Shown here: piece by piece, positions 26,397 to 32,000 of the stretch
Numbering within the stretch: the first letter of the stretch is position 1
How the letters are laid out: every line of letters starts with the position of its first letter
From: Candidatus Saccharimonadota bacterium
Lineage (GTDB): Bacteria; Patescibacteriota; Saccharimonadia; Saccharimonadales; Saccharimonadaceae
Assembly: GCA_023898645.1 (NCBI GenBank)
Contig: CP060232.1
Coordinates: 1,050,001-1,082,000, forward strand
Length of the DNA stretch: 32,000 nucleotides
Direction: 5' to 3'
Position numbers and translations under genes: made by a program
The notes under the pieces: model-generated
Database searches by the model: none
Seen by the model: only the letters and a program-made list of their open reading frames with translations
What the model was told of the DNA's origin: nothing

Positions 26397-26443
26397 GCTC
26401 CGTAATCCTACAATAGGTTAATAGTAGGATTACGGAGCTTTTT
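26397..26443 (+). terminator. rho-independent terminator of the hydrolase gene
   Basis: Perfect 15-bp stem GCTCCGTAATCCTAC / GTAGGATTACGGAGC, a 12-nt loop, then TTTTT (26439..26443). Confidence 0.8.
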
Positions 26444-26500
26444 CATGCAATATCGCGGTTGCGCCAGTGAGTTGTCGCACAGTCCTGAGCCAAATCTGTA

Positions 26501-26536
26501 AAAATAAATAACGTCCAAATGGACGTTATTTATTTT
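26501..26536. terminator. bidirectional hairpin terminator abutting the tRNA-Ser 3' end
   Basis: Perfect 16-bp inverted repeat AAAATAAATAACGTCC-AAAT-GGACGTTATTTATTTT. The GC core is flanked by A/T runs, which gives a U-tract on either strand. Confidence 0.6.
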
Positions 26537-26625
26537 GGCGGAGAGAACAGGATTCGAACCTGCGGTACCATTGCTGGCACACACGCTTTCCAAGCGTGCT
26601 CCTTCAACCACTCGGACACCTCTCC
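26536..26625 (-). tRNA. tRNA-Ser (anticodon GGA), CCA encoded
   Basis: The reverse complement is GGAGAGGTGTCCGAGTGGTTGAAGGAGCACGCTTGGAAAGCGTGTGTGCCAGCAATGGTACCGCAGGTTCGAATCCTGTTCTCTCCGCCA. It has a 7-bp acceptor stem, an anticodon stem CACGC/GCGTG with loop TTGGAAA, a long variable arm and a GGTTCGAATCC T-loop. Confidence 0.95.
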
Positions 26626-26731
26626 TCGTCGCAATAAGTTACTCTAAACATTTTAACAGACGACAACAAGAACAGCACCGGTCAACACTGTACAAATACA
26701 AGAAGGTTGTATAAATGACACGCGCTTACGG

Positions 26732-26761
26732 TTGCACATGCATCACATTGCTTTCTATAAT
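26732..26761 (+). promoter_or_regulatory. candidate promoter TTGCAC-18-TATAAT for the ABC operon
   Basis: TTGCAC at 26732..26737, TATAAT at 26756..26761, ATG at 26772 (gap 10 nt, no SD). Confidence 0.45.
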
Positions 26762-26771
26762 AAAAACACCT

Positions 26772-27569
26772 ATGGCAGCCGAACCCGTACCGCCAGTTAT
26801 TGCTCTTGAGGGCCTTTCAAAAAGGTATGGACTTGGCGAGTCTGAACATACAGTGCTAGATGGGCTAGATTTAACTATTGAAAAGGGTGAATTTATTGCC
26901 ATTATGGGGCCGAGTGGCTGTGGCAAAACGACACTGCTCAATATACTTGGTCTACTCGACCGTGCCGATGATGGCGATTACTATCTAGACAGCCGATCAG
27001 TTGACACGCTTTCAAACGGTCGTCGCGCACGTATTCGCAGTAGCCAAATTGGTTTCGTCTTTCAAAGTTTTAATCTTGTGCCTCGTTTAAATGTCATAGA
27101 AAATGTCGCCCTACCCCTAACTTATATGGGTATGCATAAAACCAAACGACTACAGCGAGCCAGCAAAATGCTCTCAACGTTTCATTTGTCGGAACGTGAA
27201 TACTACATGCCGTGGCAATTGTCTGGTGGTCAAATGCAGCGCGTTGCAATTGCTCGCGCATTAGTCAACAAGCCATCGATTGTCTTAGCCGACGAGCCAA
27301 CAGGCAACCTTGACAGTCGAAGCTCGCACGTCATCATGGAAGAACTGTCAGATATCCATCGCCGCGGCAATACTATCATCATGGTCACGCACAACCCCGA
27401 CATCACTACATATGCGAGTCGAGTTATTCATATGCTCGACGGAAAAATTGCCAGTGACACAAAGATACCACGAATCAAAAAAACAAAATCTGAACCCAAG
27501 CGACCATTAGGCAAAAAGTCAAAAACGAAGAAAAAAACAACTACAAAATCCAAGAAAGGTTCAACTTAA
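26772..27569 (+). CDS. ABC transporter ATP-binding protein (MacB/LolD/FtsE-type) with a Lys-rich C-terminal tail
   Basis: Walker A GPSGCGKTTLLN, signature LSGGQMQRVAIARAL, Walker B IVLADEPTGNLD. The track start 26715 adds an implausible Cys-rich N-terminus. ATG 26772 (MAAEPVPPVIALEGLSKRYG) fits the family N-terminus. Confidence 0.9.
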   Translation: MAAEPVPPVIALEGLSKRYGLGESEHTVLDGLDLTIEKGEFIAIMGPSGCGKTTLLNILGLLDRADDGDYYLDSRSVDTLSNGRRARIRSSQIGFVFQSFNLVPRLNVIENVALPLTYMGMHKTKRLQRASKMLSTFHLSEREYYMPWQLSGGQMQRVAIARALVNKPSIVLADEPTGNLDSRSSHVIMEELSDIHRRGNTIIMVTHNPDITTYASRVIHMLDGKIASDTKIPRIKKTKSEPKRPLGKKSKTKKKTTTKSKKGST

Positions 27570-28804
27570 TGCGTTTGCTCGTCGCTAACCACATAGCCAA
27601 TGCACTCGAATCGCTGCATTCAAATCGTCTCCGTACTGGGTTGACGGTTGTTGGCGTTACTATCGGTATAGCCAGTATTACAGTTATCTTATCCCTCAGT
27701 GCTGGTGCGACCAAAATCATTTCCGAACAAGTCGACCAGCTCGGTAATACAGTCGCTGTAATTCGTCCCAAATCATCAAACAGCGACACAAAAATTACCA
27801 ATCTAACATCAACGCTAGCTGGTAACAGTATCACAAGCAGCCTAACTGAACACGACATGGACGCGATTCAAGCCATTAAGGGCATTGAAGCCGTAGCACC
27901 GATAATGCTCATCGGAGGTAGCGTAACGGCTAACGGAACTACCGCACATGACGCTTCCATAGTTGCCACGACAACTTCCCTCAAGGACGCTATTTCTCTA
28001 CCACTTGAACAGGGCCAGTTTTTTGACAATACAACCAAAGACAACACCGCGGTCATAGGTAGCCAATTGTCGGTTGATTTGTTCGGCACCGAACAATCGC
28101 TTGGAAAAACATTTGACACACACGGCACGACATTCCGTGTCATTGGCATACTAAAGCGTCTCAATAATCCCGTAAACTACAATAATGTAGACTTCGATCA
28201 TGCCGCCATCATAAATTTAAATAGCGGCAAAATCTTCAACCAAGGAGTAGCATCCATCCAACAAATCGACATTCGTGCCGCTTCAAGTCATATATTGCAA
28301 TCCGTTTTATCGCAGGCCAACAAACTACTCATAATGAGTCATAAGGGAGAGAACGATTACATAATTCTCAGCGGTAAAGAACTCGCCCGACCAACAAACG
28401 AACTCTTCGCGGCCGTTGCTACGACCTTGACGACAGTCGCAGCCGTATCACTGATTGTTGGTGGCATCGGCATCATGAACATCATGCTGGTCGGCGTCAC
28501 CGAGCGCACTCGTGAGATTGGCGTTCGCAAAGCGCTTGGAGCATCAAACGCTCACATTACATGGCAGTTTTTAATTGAAGCTCTCGTTATGAGTCTAGCG
28601 GGTGGATTCCTCGGCTACCTATTCGGCTACCTCATCGCCTTTGCAATCGCCCGCACCTTCCTTACATTCGACCCGGCATTCACCTGGACAGTCATAGCTT
28701 ACGCTTACGGTGTATCTCTCGTGATCGGCTTGCTCTTTGGTCTATATCCAGCTATCCGAGCTGCTCGTAAAAACCCCATTGAAGCTCTACGCAATTATCA
28801 ATAA
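27569..28804 (+). CDS. ABC transporter permease (MacB-like: N-terminal TM, periplasmic-type domain, FtsX 3-TM domain)
   Basis: The start overlaps the ATPase stop (TAATG). The C-terminal GGIGIMNIMLVGVTERTREIGVRKALGA motif is typical of FtsX/MacB permeases. Confidence 0.9.
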   Translation: MRLLVANHIANALESLHSNRLRTGLTVVGVTIGIASITVILSLSAGATKIISEQVDQLGNTVAVIRPKSSNSDTKITNLTSTLAGNSITSSLTEHDMDAIQAIKGIEAVAPIMLIGGSVTANGTTAHDASIVATTTSLKDAISLPLEQGQFFDNTTKDNTAVIGSQLSVDLFGTEQSLGKTFDTHGTTFRVIGILKRLNNPVNYNNVDFDHAAIINLNSGKIFNQGVASIQQIDIRAASSHILQSVLSQANKLLIMSHKGENDYIILSGKELARPTNELFAAVATTLTTVAAVSLIVGGIGIMNIMLVGVTERTREIGVRKALGASNAHITWQFLIEALVMSLAGGFLGYLFGYLIAFAIARTFLTFDPAFTWTVIAYAYGVSLVIGLLFGLYPAIRAARKNPIEALRNYQ

Positions 28805-28806
28805 AT

Positions 28807-29847
28807 CTATGCTAGTTCTAGCTTAAGCTTCTCTACAAGATCGACTGGTGTCGGGTCAACGCCGTTCAGTATAGCCACGTAAATACTTGCGAAGTCAGCG
28901 AGGATACAGCCCCACAGCAATTGTCCGAGTACCGTTTCACCTGCCAATTGTACTGGTATTGCCTTTGGTCGGCGACCGCTAAGTAACTTATCTGTTATTT
29001 CGAAACGCTTCAATATGCGTTCATGTTCAAACGAGCTTTTGAGATCAAAAACAACAAACGGTTTGTCAACCGGGTGAGAAGCCCAGCCGATAAACTCATT
29101 ATGATTTGTCTCTGGGTAAACATTCCAAAACGAAAGATTCTTAGCATTTTCATTCCAGCTTATTTTCCATTTATAAGCGACTGGGCCCGTTAGTCGTCCC
29201 CCGTAAAATACCGGCGTCTTACCTACTGCAAGAAGCGCTAACTGTTTAGCATAATTCTTGTCTGTCGGTACATCCGATGTCCATTTCTCTGATTCAGATT
29301 TCAACCACTGAGAAACAGTAGTAATCTCGTCTAACATTTCGTCAGAAATAATCCAAAAATGCTTTAATAATTCGCCAAGTGCACGCAAATTAAAAAGCAT
29401 TGCCATGCGTGGTTGCAAACCTGCTGGAATTTGAATGCGCGTGATATGTTCTGCCGCTGCAATCTCAATTAACTTACCGCCAGCTGCCAGAATGGCAACT
29501 TGAGCGCCGCGTTCACGCGCCTGCGCCAGGCAAGCGACTGTTTCTTCTGTATTACCAGAATAGCTGCTCGCGATAACAAGCGTTGATTCGTCTACATATG
29601 TTGGTAACTCATATTCTCGCACAATCTCAAACGGAATCTTTAGTTTTTCTTCCAGCCATGCTTTTGCAAGAAGTGCTGCAAGCGCACTGCCACCCATACC
29701 TGCGACAACTACTTTTGTCAGCTGTCTGCCATCATGTTCGGCGTCGGCAATTTCAGCAGCGAACTGCACCTGCTCCCACTGCTTTGCGGCGATACCAAGA
29801 GCATTCTCGGAATCCCGTTGTTTTAATACATTCATATCATCTAACAT
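28807..29847 (-). CDS. bifunctional phosphoglucose/phosphomannose isomerase (SIS domain)
   Basis: SIS motifs VVAGMGGSALAA and SYSGNTEET; size is about 345 aa. The track start GTG 29892 adds an Arg-rich extension. ATG 29847 has AGGAG (29862..29858) 10 nt upstream and TATAGT (29880..29875) further up. Confidence 0.8.
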   Translation of the reverse strand: MLDDMNVLKQRDSENALGIAAKQWEQVQFAAEIADAEHDGRQLTKVVVAGMGGSALAALLAKAWLEEKLKIPFEIVREYELPTYVDESTLVIASSYSGNTEETVACLAQARERGAQVAILAAGGKLIEIAAAEHITRIQIPAGLQPRMAMLFNLRALGELLKHFWIISDEMLDEITTVSQWLKSESEKWTSDVPTDKNYAKQLALLAVGKTPVFYGGRLTGPVAYKWKISWNENAKNLSFWNVYPETNHNEFIGWASHPVDKPFVVFDLKSSFEHERILKRFEITDKLLSGRRPKAIPVQLAGETVLGQLLWGCILADFASIYVAILNGVDPTPVDLVEKLKLELA

Positions 29848-29931
29848 ATGTCGATTTCTCCTGTTGCGAGGTTCACTATATCTATGATACACTCTTTACT
29901 GATAAACCGTAAGCATATTATTGAGGTGGGC

Positions 29932-30756
29932 ATGACTGAGGGATCAGACGAACAAGATCTAGTAAAGGCACTCGATAGCGTCGCAGACGCTGCAGCGAGC
30001 GTAGGGGGTGTACCCGCATCGAGTACAGCAACAGCTACACTTAATTCACCTGTGCCCGCTACGTCAGGTCCTGTAGATTCGCCTTTTCCATCTATATTCC
30101 CCGAATCATCAACTCAATCACAGCTATCACCTTCTGTTACGTTAAATCCACCTACTCCAGGTCCACTTCTCGACACAAACGAAACAACAGCATCCACGGC
30201 TCCTACACTTCCTCCAGACACTTTCGGACCCGTCAACCCAACTGTTCCTGAGGCTCCCGCTACACCGGAGCAAACCCCTACACCTGCCGTGTCTACTGAA
30301 GCATTTGAGCCTATTGTGCCCACTTTACCTCCTGAGCCTACTGCTTTAGACACCTCCGCTGAGCCGGTAATACCAGCCGTGCCGGAAACAACCGAATCGT
30401 CAGATACTATAACACCTGTCGCCTCAACACAGTCCGAATCATCAGATGCTATCGCTCCAGTTGTTTCAACACCACCTGAATCTGAAAAACCAGCAGAAGA
30501 CAATGGACCGCTCGCCTCCATAAAAAAGGATGTTTTGGTTGAGCTACGCCCGCTAGTCGACAAGTTGAGTGTATCACCAGAAGAAAAATTTGATACTTTA
30601 CTTTTGCTCATCCGTAGCACAGACGACTCCACCTTGATAGAGCCAGCACACGAAGCAGCCAAAGCGATTACAGATGAGACGCGACGCGCGGAGGCGCTTC
30701 TCGATATAGTCAAAGAAATCGACTATTTAACTCGTCAAAAATCTGACGAATCCTAA
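29932..30756 (+). CDS. Pro/Thr/Ser-rich low-complexity protein with a conserved-looking helical C-terminal domain
   Basis: GAGGTG lies 4-5 nt upstream of ATG 29932; the track start 29848 overlaps the PGI/PMI gene. About 190 aa are P/T/S/E-rich, followed by a roughly 85-aa helical C-terminus (LASIKKDVLVELRPLVDKL...). Confidence 0.6.
   Translation: MTEGSDEQDLVKALDSVADAAASVGGVPASSTATATLNSPVPATSGPVDSPFPSIFPESSTQSQLSPSVTLNPPTPGPLLDTNETTASTAPTLPPDTFGPVNPTVPEAPATPEQTPTPAVSTEAFEPIVPTLPPEPTALDTSAEPVIPAVPETTESSDTITPVASTQSESSDAIAPVVSTPPESEKPAEDNGPLASIKKDVLVELRPLVDKLSVSPEEKFDTLLLLIRSTDDSTLIEPAHEAAKAITDETRRAEALLDIVKEIDYLTRQKSDES
30394..30492 (+). repeat. degenerate 42-bp (14-aa) tandem repeat, about 2.3 copies, inside the Pro/Thr-rich gene
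   Basis: The units start at 30394, 30436 and 30478 (partial). They encode ESSDTITPVASTQS / ESSDAIAPVVSTPP / ESEKP.. About two thirds of the nucleotides are identical between units 1 and 2. Confidence 0.5.
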
Positions 30757-30765
30757 AGTTCTATG

Positions 30766-30803
30766 AATAATAAAATACCTCCGCTCGGAGGTATTTTATT
30801 ATT
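30766..30803. terminator. bidirectional rho-independent terminator between convergent genes
   Basis: Perfect 17-bp inverted repeat AATAATAAAATACCTCC-GCTC-GGAGGTATTTTATTATT. The GC core is followed by a T-rich run in both directions. Confidence 0.7.
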
Positions 30804-30810
30804 GAATACA

Positions 30811-32000
30811 TTATTTATCTTTAAATTTTTCGCTATCGTCCTTCATGTCCGAGTCGACGTCTAGAAGTGACGGACCAGTAGAAGTATGCACTCGTGCATT
30901 ATGTAAGGCGCTCTCTAAGTCGCGTCGACTTCTGAAATAGTAGACGACACCGAGTGTTATAGCGGCTACACCGACAAGACCAGCAACAACTTCAACAGGG
31001 CCGGTTGTTGGCAGCGCAGCACAAGTACCCGAGACGGTTACGACCGCACTATCCTGACGATTTCCGTTATCCGTTTCTACAGAGGCGGTATTTTTTAGTA
31101 TCGAACAAGGATCTGCATCAACACGTGCTTCGAATGATAAGTAAGCACTTCCACCAGGTGCATAGTTTCCAATATCAATCCCTCCGTTTGCAATACCATT
31201 ACCGACGATTGCTCCGTTAGGATTTGTATCGTCATAAAGTTTCGTCTTGCCCGGTAGATACGTCAACCCGACTGGTAATATATCTTTGAGTTTTACGTCT
31301 AGTTGATTAATCGTACCAGTATTCTCATAGCTCAAAAGATATTCAACAGTTGAGCTTTTTTTCACAGTCACACTATCATGCCACCCGGTAGTACCGGCCT
31401 GACGAACCTCCTTTTTAAACGTAAAGTTCGGTTGTACTGCCTTAAATGCAAACGTTATCCAACCAGAGTATTGATCGCAACCCGGTAAATCACCGTTCAA
31501 ACTATCAAAGCCAAGCGGTTTACCACTGCTACTAAATAGTGCTGTATCACCGAGAGACGTACCGTTCGTCATGCCCTTATTATGTATAACTGCGGTGCCC
31601 GGCACATAGCGCAGCGATATATCTGTTGCCGTTTGATTCTGCATAGTGAAATAGTCAAACACCATTTTTGGATTTGCATTACTAGCTCCAATAAAAGCCT
31701 CTGCTTCGGTACCGGTTGCGTGAGCTTTAACTACAGCAGGCAGCTCAACCCTAGCATAAGCTCCATGCGCAATACCAACGCCACTTTGATTCAAGCTACT
31801 CGATGCATTATTGTGGTAAAAAATCATCGCTTCATATTCTTTACCCGGAACTAAATTAGCGTCTTGTTCAAATGTTTTATTGTCAGTAAGGTTTCGTACT
31901 CTAAAGAAATTACGTTCGTCTCCGTATGTCGGATCGTCTGTAATCGAATCAAAGGTAACGTATGTAGCTGGTTGCGCCTGAGTAAATGTTGGGCGATCCG
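30811..32000 (-). CDS. surface protein with a DUF11-like repeat domain and an LPXTG-like C-terminal anchor (N-terminus beyond window end)
   Basis: The frame stays open upstream of the track ATG 31827 all the way to position 32000 (..YGDERNFFRVRNLTDNKTFEQDANLVPGKEYEAMIFYHNNA..). VEYLLSYENTGTINQLDVKLKDILPVGLTYLPG is DUF11-like. LPTTG is followed by a hydrophobic helix and RSRRD, then an extra tail of about 40 aa. Confidence 0.75.
   Translation of the reverse strand, partial: DRPTFTQAQPATYVTFDSITDDPTYGDERNFFRVRNLTDNKTFEQDANLVPGKEYEAMIFYHNNASSSLNQSGVGIAHGAYARVELPAVVKAHATGTEAEAFIGASNANPKMVFDYFTMQNQTATDISLRYVPGTAVIHNKGMTNGTSLGDTALFSSSGKPLGFDSLNGDLPGCDQYSGWITFAFKAVQPNFTFKKEVRQAGTTGWHDSVTVKKSSTVEYLLSYENTGTINQLDVKLKDILPVGLTYLPGKTKLYDDTNPNGAIVGNGIANGGIDIGNYAPGGSAYLSFEARVDADPCSILKNTASVETDNGNRQDSAVVTVSGTCAALPTTGPVEVVAGLVGVAAITLGVVYYFRSRRDLESALHNARVHTSTGPSLLDVDSDMKDDSEKFKDK

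Noticed and set aside
26408-26611. 67-aa minus-strand ORF
   Set aside because: It is the translation of the tRNA-Ser gene and the adjacent terminator hairpin.
24795-26625. Genomic island integrated at the tRNA-Ser 3' end (carrying the hydrolase gene)
   Set aside because: I found no integrase and no direct repeat of the tRNA 3' end. The GTTCGATTTCC-like string near 25003..25013 is in the wrong orientation. This remains only a weak compositional suspicion.
30114-30713. 199-aa minus-strand ORF
   Set aside because: It is an antisense shadow of the low-complexity Pro/Thr-rich gene; the repetitive GC-rich codons keep the opposite frame open. It has no start context.
1-32000. CRISPR arrays, IS elements, prophage or toxin-antitoxin modules
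   Set aside because: Reading the window, I found no regularly spaced direct repeats, no transposase, integrase or recombinase motifs, and no small paired ORFs of toxin-antitoxin type.

Overview
This is a compact bacterial chromosome segment, roughly 90% coding. I accept 30 protein genes and one tRNA-Ser(GGA). I saw no rRNA, CRISPR array, transposase, integrase or phage genes. From position 1 to 23570 almost everything is on the minus strand: HAD hydrolase (partial), polA, a dnaG-rpoD-kinase operon, orn, msrB, mscL, argS, pyrG, zwf, mntH and an nrdA-smallORF-nrdB cluster. The exceptions are uppS, a P-loop kinase and one membrane protein on the plus strand. From 24006 onward the genes are mainly envelope or accessory: a SIMPL protein, a secreted alpha/beta hydrolase, a MacB-type ABC pair, PGI/PMI, a Pro/Thr-rich protein and an LPXTG-like DUF11 surface protein that runs off the window end. 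The gene content suggests a reduced-genome monoderm such as Saccharibacteria/CPR. The cues are tiny intergenic gaps, many single-pass membrane hypotheticals, an LPXTG protein, MacB without a membrane-fusion partner, a bifunctional PGI/PMI and a short Zwf. This taxonomic guess is inference only and could not be checked by search. Observations worth follow-up: (1) the ribonucleotide reductase locus. NrdB has class Ic signatures (Phe at the radical-Tyr position, Glu as first metal ligand). NrdA has no C-terminal cysteine pair. An unannotated 57-aa ORF with its own SD sits between nrdA and nrdB and ends in ...MCEGCQ. An Nramp Mn transporter lies directly downstream. Upstream are NrdR-type boxes and a leader of about 215 nt with a GC-rich structured core. 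(2) DnaG has all four zinc-ribbon ligands substituted. (3) At least 13 genes have a -10 hexamer 6-10 nt upstream of the start codon and no SD, which suggests leaderless mRNAs. (4) A nucleoside 2-deoxyribosyltransferase-like domain is fused to four TM helices. (5) Several lineage-specific membrane or secreted proteins are present. All functional calls rest on motif recognition by eye; no database search was possible.
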